DNA from: Verrucomicrobiales bacterium
GTDB lineage: Bacteria > Verrucomicrobiota > Verrucomicrobiia > Verrucomicrobiales > SLCJ01
Assembly: GCA_046075565.1 (NCBI GenBank)
Contig: JBJTQJ010000021.1
Span: 1-64,000, forward strand
Length of the DNA stretch: 64,000 bases
Direction: 5' to 3'
Under the pieces are notes generated by a model that saw only the letters and a list, made by a program, of their open reading frames with translations, had not been told where the DNA came from and did not search any database. A program made the position numbers and the translations under genes. Numbering within the stretch: the first letter of the stretch is position 1; each line of letters begins with the position of its first letter. Below are positions 51,972 to 61,672 of this stretch, piece after piece.

Positions 51972-52160
51972 GAGCGAGTATTGGCCATGCATCAGATGCG
52001 GGAGAGGATGTCTTTGGAACCCCACCGGGTGGCAGCGCAAGTTGATGCACACATTACGGCTATCGACCAGCAGAATGACCGCCCAGTCTGCGCACGCTAT
52101 GGTCTGTCCGCGGAGGAATCGTGGCTTTTGGAGAAAGCTTCCGCCAACCAGATGGCATGA
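51972..52160 (+). pseudogene. Probable C-terminal remnant of a type IIG/TaqI-like restriction-modification enzyme
   Basis: ERVLAMH...HITAIDQQNDRPVCARYGLSAEESWLLE resembles the IDxxIDxLVYxLYGLTxEEI tail of such enzymes; recognition by eye only. Confidence 0.5.
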
Positions 52161-52744
52161 ACCGGGACAAGATCATCATCATCATTGCGGGACCGAATGA
52201 GGCGGGCAAAACGACCTTCGCGAGGGAGTTTTTGCCGCGCCACGGCATGACCGAGTCTCTCAATGCGGATTTGATTGCCGCCGGTCTCTCTCCTCTTCGC
52301 CCGGAAGCGTCGGCTATTGCTGCAGGTTGCCTGCTACTTCGACTTTGGAAGAACCATGCCGAGAAGGGCACCAGCTTTGCTTTCGAATCGACCCTGAGCG
52401 GCCACACCTACGCGGCCATGCTGAGGAAAGCGAAGTCAGACGGCTACATCATCGCTATTCACTACCTCTGGGTGCCTTCGGTTCAGATCTGCCTTCGTCG
52501 TGTGCGGAACCGAGTCAGGAAGGGTGGGCATCATGTTCCAGACGAGGATGTTCGTCGACGGCACCCGTTGAGTTTGCGCAATCTCCTAGGCACTTACCTG
52601 CCGCTTGCGGACTCCGCAGAATTATGGGACGTTTCCGGTAGTCCTCCCTGCCTCGTCACTTCCTGGCAAGACCAGGTTTCCACCATTCACCACCCCGAAC
52701 GTCATGCGCTCATCCAAGCACAAAATTCCCGCAACCAAGGCTGA
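52157..52744 (+). CDS. Zeta-toxin-like P-loop ATPase/kinase
   Basis: IIAGPNEAGKTT, NADLIA, FAFESTLSG, RV..GGHHVPDEDVRRR. Confidence 0.85.
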   Translation: MNRDKIIIIIAGPNEAGKTTFAREFLPRHGMTESLNADLIAAGLSPLRPEASAIAAGCLLLRLWKNHAEKGTSFAFESTLSGHTYAAMLRKAKSDGYIIAIHYLWVPSVQICLRRVRNRVRKGGHHVPDEDVRRRHPLSLRNLLGTYLPLADSAELWDVSGSPPCLVTSWQDQVSTIHHPERHALIQAQNSRNQG

Positions 52745-52868
52745 AAAGCCTCCGGGCGTCCGTTTGGTGGAGAAAGCCTTGCGAGAAGCCCAGCGAAAGG
52801 CGATCCAAGAGGACTTACGGTTCGGCCTCAAGCCGGTTCTGTCCAAGTCAGCTTCTCCAGGAAGATAG
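52704..52868 (+). CDS. Small basic partner protein of the zeta-like ATPase
   Basis: 54 aa, EKALREAQRKAIQEDLRFGLKPV; overlaps the ATPase 3' end. Confidence 0.55.
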   Translation: MRSSKHKIPATKAEKPPGVRLVEKALREAQRKAIQEDLRFGLKPVLSKSASPGR

Positions 52869-53012
52869 GAAGCGCGAGCGCGGCCTTGACCAGAGAGGAG
52901 AGAGCCGCGGTCTAGGAGAACATAGATTTGTGATCGGACTGCGAGCAGTCTGACCTTTTTCTTTCCACCGGGCGTGAATGGGTGCATGATGCGGAGTAAC
53001 CCATATTCTCCC

Positions 53013-53528
53013 ATGCTCCGACACGTCCTTACATTGATTGGCCCCGACCGTTCTGGTATCATCAGCACTTTGGCGGAAGGAGTGCGGGAATTGGGTGGCA
53101 ACTGGCGGGCGAGCCGATTGGCGCGCTTGGCCGGGCAATTCGCCGGGGTGGTGGAGTTCGATTTGCCGGAAGCGCGGGCGGCTGACTTGGAGGGTTTGCT
53201 CGGACATTTGCGGGTCTCCGGGCTGGCGGTGAATGTGCACCGCGGGGAGTCGGTCGTGCCGACCGGTGGCTCGTTGTGGCATATCGACTTGTTGGGCAAT
53301 GATCGGCCGGGTATCGTGCGCGAGGTGAGCCGCGCCGTGGCGACAGCGGGTGGAAACGTCGAGGACTGGGAATCGCGGGTGAACAGCTCTCCGATGAGCG
53401 GGACTCCGCTTTTTGAATTGCAAGGTTCGGTGCGGTTGCCCGATAACGCCGATCCCGCGCAATTGCGGCGCGCGCTCGAAGCGCTGGGCGCGGATCTTTC
53501 GGTGGATATCCGCCTGACCGCCGATTGA
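53013..53528 (+). CDS. Tandem ACT domain protein (GcvR-like)
   Basis: LIGPDRSGII and LLGNDRPGIVREV repeats. Confidence 0.87.
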   Translation: MLRHVLTLIGPDRSGIISTLAEGVRELGGNWRASRLARLAGQFAGVVEFDLPEARAADLEGLLGHLRVSGLAVNVHRGESVVPTGGSLWHIDLLGNDRPGIVREVSRAVATAGGNVEDWESRVNSSPMSGTPLFELQGSVRLPDNADPAQLRRALEALGADLSVDIRLTAD

Positions 53529-53629
53529 GGGATTTCTCCCGCTTCACATAAACGATGGATTGTTGGAACTTCTTCGGCTTTTTTGTCACGGGCCGCCCCG
53601 CCATCACTCGCTGCGATTCAAGCGACAAA

Positions 53630-53735
53630 GGCAGGGACGTTTGTCCTCAAACGTCCGCGGGCGATGATTGGCCGTTCTTTGGTGCTCCGGTTTACCTCAC
53701 AAGCTCGCGGACCGCTAGGGACAGCGGTCCCTGCC
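53630..53735. repeat. Paired GGCAG-GGAC REP-like palindromes (copy 3 of 3)
   Basis: ggcagggacgtttgtcctcaaacgtccg and cggaccgctagggacagcggtccctgcc. Confidence 0.85.
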
Positions 53736-53861
53736 GTTTTGAAGGGACGGGCGAAACTTGGGCAACGACCAGCCGCTGGATGAGGTGGGATAGCACCATA
53801 ATCCCTTGAAAATTCGTGCTTATTCGTGTCCTTTCGTGGTTTCACTTTCCTTTCAAGGTTC

Positions 53862-54779
53862 ATGCTCGCCCGTATCAACGATGTCATCACACGCGGCTTC
53901 GCCATTCTCACGGTGGCGGGAGTGGCTTGGGCTTGGCTCGCGCCGGCCCATTTCATCTGGTTCCTGCCCTGGATTGCTCCCGCGCTCGGGTTCATCATGC
54001 TCGGCATGGGCATCACACTGGGGCCTGACGACTTCCGCGAGGTGGCGCGGAGACCGGGTATGGTTGCCATCGGGGTGGCCGCGCAGTATGGGATCATGCC
54101 TTTGTTAGGCTGGAGTGTGGCGGCCATGTTGCGGTTGCCTCCGGGCCTGGCGGCGGGATTGATCTTGGTTGCTTGTTGCCCCGGGGGCACGGCCTCGAAC
54201 GTGATCACTTGGCTCGCCCGCGGCCAAGTCGGGCTTTCGGTGGTGCTGACCGCTTGCTCGACATTGCTGGCGGCGGTGGTCACGCCCTTGCTCACAAGTT
54301 GGTTGGCCGGTCATTACCTGCCCGTGGACGCGGGGAAACTTTTTCTCGATACCGCGCAGGTCGTTTTGTTGCCGGTGTTGATCGGCGTGGTGCTGAACCA
54401 GAGGGCACCCAAACTGGCGCGTCCGGTGGCGGCGATTTCGCCCGCGATTTCGGTTTTGCTCATCATCCTGGTGGTGGGATCGATCGTGGCGAAAAACAAG
54501 GACGCCATCGCGGCCTCCGCGGGGGTGCTCGCGCTCGCGGTCTTCCTGCTTCATGCCGGAGGATTTTCCCTCGGCTATCTCCTCTCGCGGTTGCTTGGTC
54601 ACCCGGAACCTGTCCGGAGGACACTGGCCATCGAGGTCGGCATGCAGAACTCCGGGCTCGGGGCGACCTTGGCTCGACACCTGCCCGACCCGCTCGCACC
54701 TGTGCCGTCGGCCCTATCGGCGGTCTGCCACTGCCTGATCGGGAGTTTCCTCGCGGCCGTGTGGCGCAGGAGAGGGTGA
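53862..54779 (+). CDS. Bile acid:sodium symporter family (BASS) protein
   Basis: MLGMGITL, QYGIMP, CCPGGTASNV, IEVGMQNSGL. Confidence 0.92.
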   Translation: MLARINDVITRGFAILTVAGVAWAWLAPAHFIWFLPWIAPALGFIMLGMGITLGPDDFREVARRPGMVAIGVAAQYGIMPLLGWSVAAMLRLPPGLAAGLILVACCPGGTASNVITWLARGQVGLSVVLTACSTLLAAVVTPLLTSWLAGHYLPVDAGKLFLDTAQVVLLPVLIGVVLNQRAPKLARPVAAISPAISVLLIILVVGSIVAKNKDAIAASAGVLALAVFLLHAGGFSLGYLLSRLLGHPEPVRRTLAIEVGMQNSGLGATLARHLPDPLAPVPSALSAVCHCLIGSFLAAVWRRRG

Positions 54780-54957
54780 GCATTTCCGGAGAATAGCCAG
54801 CGGCAATCGCGGTGGAAATGCCCGAGGTAAAATCCATCGGTCCCAGTCCGTCCGAAACCTGTAGCGGCGGTCTATGACCGTCGGTGGCTTTCCGAGCCCC
54901 TTCCAGCCAAAACCGGTCGAGGTTGTCATTCGCCCGCCGCCTGCTACGGTATTGGCC

Positions 54958-56322
54958 ATGTTTTCCCAACTCCAGGACCGCCTCGAGGGCGTCTTCAAAA
55001 CCTTACGCGGCCACGGCAAGCTGAGCGAGCGCAACGTCGCTGATGCCACCCGTGAAATCCGCATGGCCTTGTTGGAGGCCGATGTGGACTTCGCCGTGAC
55101 CAAGCTGCTCATCGACAAGGTAAAGGAAGAGGCATTGGGCGATAAGGTGCTCAAGTCCATCACGCCCGGCCAGCAGATGGTGAAGGTTTTCAACGACGCG
55201 CTCGTGGATATCCTCGGGGGAGATTCGGTCGGCTTGGATCTCACACCTCCGGCGCGGATTCTCATGGTCGGCCTGAATGGCGCGGGAAAAACCACGACCA
55301 CCGGCAAACTCGCGCTTTGGATGAAGAAGCAGGGGCGGCGGCCGCTACTGGTGGCTTGCGATTTGTATCGCCCGGCGGCGGTCGAACAATTAGCGACACT
55401 GGCCGGACAAATCGGCGTGCCTATCTACAAGCCCGCGCCCGGTGAAACCGACGTGCTGAAGGTGGCGCGCGATGCCATTGTCTGGTCGGCGACACAAAAT
55501 GGCACGGCCATCATTTTCGATACCGCGGGTCGCCAGGAAATCGATGACGCGCTCATCCGCGAGTTGGAAAATCTTCAGAAATTCCTGCAATGCCGCGAGG
55601 TATTGCTCGTCGCCGACGCCGCCACCGGTCAACAGGCCGTGGATGTGGCGAAGCGATTCGATGAAGCCGTGGGCGTGACCGGTATCGTGCTCACCAAAAT
55701 GGACGGCGATGCCCGCGGCGGCGCGGCCCTGAGCATGCGCCACGTTACGGGCAAACCGATCAAATTCGCGGGCACAGGGGAAAAGTCGGATCAATTCGAG
55801 GTCTTCGATCCCTCGCGCTTGGCCGGGCGCATTCTCGGCATGGGCGACATTGTCGGTCTGGTCGAAAAAGCCGCCGAAGCCGTTGATACCGGCGACATGA
55901 TGAAGATGGCCGAGAAGATGAAAACCGGCGGCCTCGACCTGAACGACTTCCTCGATCAATTGCGCATGATGCAGAAACTCGGTCCACTCGAAGGACTGCT
56001 CGGCATGCTGCCGGGCGTGGGCTCCAAGATCAAGGATATGAAGGTGGACGAAAAACGCATCAAACACGTCGAAGCCATCATCCTTTCGATGACCCCGAAA
56101 GAACGCACGAAGCCGGAAATCCTGAACGCAAAACGCCGCCTGCGTGTGGCCAAGGGATCCGGCACCAGCTTGGCCGCCGTCAACAATCTGCTGCGCCAGT
56201 TCGGAGACATGCGCAAGATGATGAAGAACAAAGGCAAGATGCGCCAGATGATGAAACAGTTCGGTGGCATGGGTGGACTCGGTGGCGGTGGGGGAGGTTT
56301 GCCCTTCGGACTGGGACGGTGA
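54958..56322 (+). CDS. ffh: Signal recognition particle protein
   Basis: ALLEADV, GLNGAGKTTT, DTAGR, TKMDGDARGG, Met-rich M domain. Confidence 0.97.
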   Translation: MFSQLQDRLEGVFKTLRGHGKLSERNVADATREIRMALLEADVDFAVTKLLIDKVKEEALGDKVLKSITPGQQMVKVFNDALVDILGGDSVGLDLTPPARILMVGLNGAGKTTTTGKLALWMKKQGRRPLLVACDLYRPAAVEQLATLAGQIGVPIYKPAPGETDVLKVARDAIVWSATQNGTAIIFDTAGRQEIDDALIRELENLQKFLQCREVLLVADAATGQQAVDVAKRFDEAVGVTGIVLTKMDGDARGGAALSMRHVTGKPIKFAGTGEKSDQFEVFDPSRLAGRILGMGDIVGLVEKAAEAVDTGDMMKMAEKMKTGGLDLNDFLDQLRMMQKLGPLEGLLGMLPGVGSKIKDMKVDEKRIKHVEAIILSMTPKERTKPEILNAKRRLRVAKGSGTSLAAVNNLLRQFGDMRKMMKNKGKMRQMMKQFGGMGGLGGGGGGLPFGLGR

Positions 56323-56390
56323 GCCGGGATCGTTCGCCCGGCATGGATGGCGATAACGCTGACCCGGATACCGTTCTGTTCGCACCCGGG

Positions 56391-56485
56391 GCAAGACCGG
56401 GACGGTCTTGCTACGCTTTCAATGGACGCTCACCAGATCCCTTTGAGGTTCCGCGTCAACCGTAGCAAGAGCGTCTCGCTCTTGC
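56391..56485. repeat. Inverted pair of GTAG-CAAGA REP-like palindromes
   Basis: Reverse complement of 56391-56414 is gtagcaagaccgtcccggtcttgc; 56462-56485 is gtagcaagagcgtctcgctcttgc. Confidence 0.78.
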
Positions 56486-56603
56486 CCTGCAAGGAAGAAG
56501 CTAATGAAAGTCGGCGGGCGAGAGTTTTGCCGTTCCGCCACCTGTCTCTTCACCCGGTCCGCAATTTCTGTCGCAATCGCGGCATCCGCGTTTACGATCC
56601 GGC

Positions 56604-57026
56604 ATGGAACGTCCGACCTTGATCACCCGGGAAGAAGTCATGTTTTTCGATACCGATTGCGGTGGTGTCGTGCACAACCTCGCCTATCTCCGGATGATCG
56701 AAACCAACCGCACGCGTCTGGCCGCGCAACTCGGCATGGATCTCCGCACCATGGCATCCACCGGCGTTTATCCCGTGCTCACGCGCACGGAAATCCAATA
56801 CCGCAAACCGGGTGTGCTTGGAGACTGGCTCCGCATCACCGGTCATCTCGATGTCATTGATGGCGCGCGCTTTTGGTGCCGCTTTATCATGCAGCGCGAC
56901 GAAGATGAAACCATGCTCATCACCGCGCGCCAACAACTCGCCCTCGTGCAGATGCCCGCCGGACGCCCGCAGCGCCTGCCCGCGGATTGGAAGGAAAAAT
57001 TCGGCGAACTGGCTCCGATGGAGTGA
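56604..57026 (+). CDS. Acyl-CoA thioesterase (4HBT/YbgC hotdog family)
   Basis: DTDCGGVVHNLAYLRMIE..R, IQYRKP. Confidence 0.88.
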   Translation: MERPTLITREEVMFFDTDCGGVVHNLAYLRMIETNRTRLAAQLGMDLRTMASTGVYPVLTRTEIQYRKPGVLGDWLRITGHLDVIDGARFWCRFIMQRDEDETMLITARQQLALVQMPAGRPQRLPADWKEKFGELAPME

Positions 57027-57035
57027 GCGATCACT

Positions 57036-59408
57036 TCATAGTGGATCTGCAGGGACGGTCTTCGTTTCTCCATTCGCCCGCACAACGACATCCCGCGGTT
57101 GTGCGGATTGGATTTTGTATTTGATCACGCGGCCATCTTTCCATGACAGATCAACGATGAACCCTCCCCGGGCGCGGAGTCCACGGACCGAACCATCCGG
57201 CCAGTCCTTGGGAAAGGCCGGCAGGAGGTCGAGGATGAAGCGCTGGTCGCCGGGTCCGGTGCCGGGTTCTCGCTCGTGGCTTTGCAGAAGCATCTCTGCG
57301 AGTCCGGCCGTCGAGCCGAAGTTTCCATCAATCTGAAAGGGCGGGTGGGAGTTGAAAAGATTACTGAGGGTGCTGCGGCGCAGAAGGGTGAGGTAGTGAT
57401 CACGGGCGGCATCACCATCACGAAGCCGGGCGCTGAAATTGATCAACCACGCGCGGCTCCAACCCGTGCCTCCCCCGCCATTCTTGAGACGGTAGTCCAG
57501 CGCCGCCTTCGCTGCCGCGATCAAATCCGGGGTGTGGCTGCCCATTTGAGCGAAAGGATGCAGTCCGACAAGGTGCGACATGTGGCGATGGCCGGGTTCC
57601 GCTTCCTTGTAAGCTTGCGACCATTCAAGCAGCCGCCCATCTTCGCCGATACGAAGGGGAGGAAGTTTCTCCCGTGCGGCGGCGATGCGTTGGCGCAGGG
57701 ATTCGTCGCGCCCAAGGATGGCGCAAGACCGATCGGTGGCATCGAGGATGGCACGGACAATAGTTGTGTGGTAAGCGGAAGCGATAGTGATCCTCACCCG
57801 TTCGCCAGTTGTGGGATCGATGTAGGTGTTTTCAGGAGAAGTCGATGGCACGATGCCGAGACTGCCATCCGGAAGCGGTGTGAGGATATCCAAAACGAAT
57901 TCGGCCGATCCCGTGAGAATCGGGTGGATTCGCTCGAGCAATTTCCTGTCACCGGAAAATTGCCAAAGGTCGAACAACTGCTCGGACATCCAGGCTCCGC
58001 AAAGTGGATCGAGGCTGGCATTGAGGAACTGTGATGAAAGGGTGGACGCGCTTGGTGAAACCCGTCCGAACGGATTGGTGGCCAGAAAACACGTCCAGCC
58101 GTCGGATTCATAAAGGCGCTTGGCCGCTTCCCGCCCGCGACCCGCAAGCAACTCGAACCAATCGAGCAAGGGGTCGATGGTGTCAGGCAGGTTGGCAGTG
58201 CCGGCGGGCCAGTAGTTCATCTGCAAATTGATATTCAAGTGGAAGTCCGATTCCCATGGTGCCCACATGCGCTCATTCCAGATGCCTTGCAGATTGGCGG
58301 GCAGCACGCCCGGCCTGCGGGAGCTGGCCAGCAGAAGGTAACGACCGAATTGAAAATGAAGGGCGACCAAACCCGGATCGTCCCCGCCTTTTTTGACCGC
58401 TTCCAAACGAGTGCTGGTTGTTTGTTTTTCCTTGCTGTCATCGCCGAGGTCGAGCAGCACGTCGTGGTAGCGCGGTTGGTATTCGGCCAGGTGCGCGGCC
58501 AACACTTTCTCCCATCCGTCGGCGGTGGCTTTCGCCAGGATCTCGCGGCAGCAGGCGAGGGGATCGATGGAACGATCGAAGTCCATTTTCGCGAGGGAGT
58601 AATCGGTGGCGGCGGTGAGAAAGATCCATGCTTCGTTTGCACCCTTGATGGTGACCTTTCCTTGTCCGGCGGTGACCGAACCACCCCGGGTGGTGGCTTG
58701 CCCGAGGGCGGCGAAACGCATGTGCGCCCCACCGGGACCGGAGCCACCGGCGTTGTCATCGTAGCCACCATCTTTTTTCGCGACATCGACGATTTGTCCG
58801 GTGAAACCAAGTCCGGCGATGGGTTTGATATCCTTTTCCCTCGCCAGCGAGGCGGTGAAAGAGAGCGTGCCGGGTTTGTCGGTGAGGATGCGGATGGCAA
58901 TGACATCGTGCGGAGCGGAAATGAAGACATGGCGGTGGATGGTGGCTTCGCCCTGCCGGCAAATCGTGCTGGCCATCGCGGTGCCGAGAGCCAGCTCGCG
59001 GCGGTAATCGGTGGCTTCCGGACCATCGCCGAAATCGAGGAACAAATCCCCGAGTGGTTGATAGGAACGGAAGGAGGTTGGTTCGGCGGTGAGGTGCTTG
59101 ATCCCGTGGGCATGGGCTTCGGCGGGTTTGCCCGCAAGGACCAGTTCGCGGGTTTTCGCGAGGTGCTTCGGATAGTCGGCGGGCCAGGCTTCGACCGGAC
59201 AACCTGCCCAAAGGCTCTCTTCGTTCAATTGGATGCGTTCGCGCCCTACGCCTCCGAAGACCATCGCCCCAAGGCGGCCATTTCCCAGTGGCAGGGCCTC
59301 AACCCACTTTGCGGCGGGTTGATCATACCAAAGAGCGGCCTTGCCCGCGAATAGGGATTCGGCTGAGAGAAGAGAGAAGACAATGATCAATCGGAACGCA
59401 GGATGCAT
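57036..59408 (-). CDS. Glycoside hydrolase family 95 (alpha-L-fucosidase-like)
   Basis: [62 protein letters not shown]. Confidence 0.94.
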   Translation of the reverse strand: MHPAFRLIIVFSLLSAESLFAGKAALWYDQPAAKWVEALPLGNGRLGAMVFGGVGRERIQLNEESLWAGCPVEAWPADYPKHLAKTRELVLAGKPAEAHAHGIKHLTAEPTSFRSYQPLGDLFLDFGDGPEATDYRRELALGTAMASTICRQGEATIHRHVFISAPHDVIAIRILTDKPGTLSFTASLAREKDIKPIAGLGFTGQIVDVAKKDGGYDDNAGGSGPGGAHMRFAALGQATTRGGSVTAGQGKVTIKGANEAWIFLTAATDYSLAKMDFDRSIDPLACCREILAKATADGWEKVLAAHLAEYQPRYHDVLLDLGDDSKEKQTTSTRLEAVKKGGDDPGLVALHFQFGRYLLLASSRRPGVLPANLQGIWNERMWAPWESDFHLNINLQMNYWPAGTANLPDTIDPLLDWFELLAGRGREAAKRLYESDGWTCFLATNPFGRVSPSASTLSSQFLNASLDPLCGAWMSEQLFDLWQFSGDRKLLERIHPILTGSAEFVLDILTPLPDGSLGIVPSTSPENTYIDPTTGERVRITIASAYHTTIVRAILDATDRSCAILGRDESLRQRIAAAREKLPPLRIGEDGRLLEWSQAYKEAEPGHRHMSHLVGLHPFAQMGSHTPDLIAAAKAALDYRLKNGGGGTGWSRAWLINFSARLRDGDAARDHYLTLLRRSTLSNLFNSHPPFQIDGNFGSTAGLAEMLLQSHEREPGTGPGDQRFILDLLPAFPKDWPDGSVRGLRARGGFIVDLSWKDGRVIKYKIQSAQPRDVVVRANGETKTVPADPL

Positions 59409-59600
59409 ATGGGAGATGGAGAAACCATCCACCCATACGCCACCACGTTTCGGCATTCATCGCCGAATTTGTGCATCATCCACCTCTGGTCATGGGCGGG
59501 TGGAATTGCCTGGGCGCGCCGGAGCGGATTTTCCCGGCCAGGTCTTTCACGCTCGCGAATCGCGCTTTGCGTGGCGGACCGAAACGGCTAGTATCATCCT

Positions 59601-60713
59601 GTGAACCCAACCCGACCTGCCTCGCGCAAATCTTTCATCGACCGCCGCTTTCGTCGGGCCATCACCGCGACGATTGTGCTCGCGTTCGCGGCCGCTTCGG
59701 ACCCGGTCCGGGCGGAGGAAAAGCACGCGCCCCACAAAGAATTCCGGCCAGGGCGTCCGTGGTTGGATACGGGCGGCACGCACATCAATGCCCACGGCCA
59801 CTGCATTATCGATCACGACGGCCGCCACTACTGGTATGGCGCGCATAAAATCGAAGGGAAGACGGAGAATGAAAAAAATGAGGCGGGCGTGCGATGCTAC
59901 GTGAGTGACGATTTGTTGAACTGGAAGGATGAAGGTCTCGTGCTCGATGTGTTTGCGAAGGACGCTCACCCGGAACTCGCCAAGGCATTCATCCTGGATC
60001 GGCCAAAGGTGGTCCACCATGTAAAGTCCGGAAAGTTTATCCTCTATTTCAAACTGTATCCGCCAAAGGAGGAAGGTGGGAAGTCCGGCAAGGACTACGC
60101 TTACGTCGGTGTCGCGACTTCGGTCAACCCCACGGGTCCGTTTGAATACAAAGGACGTTTCCTCGGTGCGGGCACCGAATTCGGCACCGGTGACTTTGCA
60201 ATGTATGCCGATGAGGACGGCAGCATTTACCACATCTGTGTGCGCAAGCCGGACAAGTTCCTGATCGCCGGCAAGATGACGGACGATGGTTTGCGCCCGG
60301 CCGGCGAGTATTTTGAAATGCGGGGCGTCATCCGCGCGACAGAAGCACCAGCTCTTTTTCGCCGGGGCTCAAAGGTTTATCTGCTCGGTTCCGGCAGCAC
60401 TGGGTGGAAGCCGAATCCCGCGCGCATGTTCGTGGCCGATCAGTTGGCCGGACCGTGGAAAGATTTGGGCAATCCATGCAAAGGTATCAATCCGCACAAC
60501 AAACTTGGGCCCGAGAAGACCTTCGGTGGGCAGAGCACGTTTGTTTAGCCCGTCTCAGGTCGGAGGGACGCGCGGATTGCCATGTTCGACATCAACAGCG
60601 AGAGCGATCCGTTCCATGCGAACTACATATGGCTTCCCATTGAATTCGACGGAGACCAACCGGTCATCACTTGGCGCAATGCATGGAACTTGACTGTATT
60701 TCCCAACAAGTAA
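59601..60713 (+). pseudogene. Glycoside hydrolase family 43 with one in-frame TAG
   Basis: INAHG, YYWYG, YVSDDLLNW, DRPKV, EAPA, SGSTGWKPN, FGGQSTFV*PV...YIWLPIEF; TAG at 60546-60548, with the frame continuing to TAA at 60711-60713. Confidence 0.87.
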
Positions 60714-60725
60714 CCCCCCGATGCC

Positions 60726-61451
60726 ATGATTCTGCCATTACGCTTTTTGCTTCTTTGCAGTCTTTGTCTCTACGCTTTGGGTTCCGTGATGGCCGAACCG
60801 AAACAGGCCAGGGTTTTCATCGCGCTCTGCGATAACAAAACCCAAGGTATCGTGCCCGTAGGCGAAAAGATAGGCAATCGCGATGATCCTGATGCCAATC
60901 TCTACTGGGGATGTTCCGATGGATTCGGGACCTACTTCCGCCGCAGCAAATCATGGAAAACCACCGCCTTGGAGAAGGATGTATCTCCCGACATTCTGCG
61001 CCGCATGAAACTCACCCACATCGGCGGACAAATGGAATTGACCGCCGAGGCCTACCGGGGATCGAAGATCAAGGACTGTCTGCGGGATTTTGAGAACGCG
61101 GCTGCGTCCGGGAAATACGATCTTGTCGCTTTCATCGGTCACAATGGCCTGATGGACTTTGAATTGGCTCCGCCGCCGAAGGTGGAAGGGAACCAAACCC
61201 ACGTGGTTGTGCTCTGCTGTCTGAGTGAGAAATACTTCGGCGAGCGTCTGCGTGCCCTCGGATGCCAGCCGATCCTGATGACCCGCCAGCTCATGTATCC
61301 GGGATCTTTTTTGCTCCATGCAGCCATCGACAAACACCTGGCCGGTGCCGATGCAGACGCCATCCGCACCGCCGCTACCGCCGCCTACGCCGCCAATCAG
61401 AAGATTTCCACCAGGGCCGCATTGGGGGTGTTCAGCGGGGGAAAAGAGTAG
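60726..61451 (+). CDS. Secreted hypothetical protein
   Basis: Signal peptide; ALCDN, NLYWG, FIGHNGLMDF, LCCLS, YAANQKIS. Confidence 0.75.
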   Translation: MILPLRFLLLCSLCLYALGSVMAEPKQARVFIALCDNKTQGIVPVGEKIGNRDDPDANLYWGCSDGFGTYFRRSKSWKTTALEKDVSPDILRRMKLTHIGGQMELTAEAYRGSKIKDCLRDFENAAASGKYDLVAFIGHNGLMDFELAPPPKVEGNQTHVVVLCCLSEKYFGERLRALGCQPILMTRQLMYPGSFLLHAAIDKHLAGADADAIRTAATAAYAANQKISTRAALGVFSGGKE

Positions 61452-61672
61452 CACGATCCCGTGTGTTGATTTCGCGTTTTATGCCGGGGTTTCGCCCTGC
61501 CTGAGGTCGTTCGTGGGCTGCTTGCTCGTAGAGCCTGTCCTGCCAACTTACCGGGATGGACCGTACTTTCACCCCCTCATCCGCTTTCCCATTCTTATAA
61601 TTATGGAAACAATTTGGGTCTCTTAAGGAAATATTGATTGTCAAATGCGAGAAAATCCGTTTTCCTACCTGT

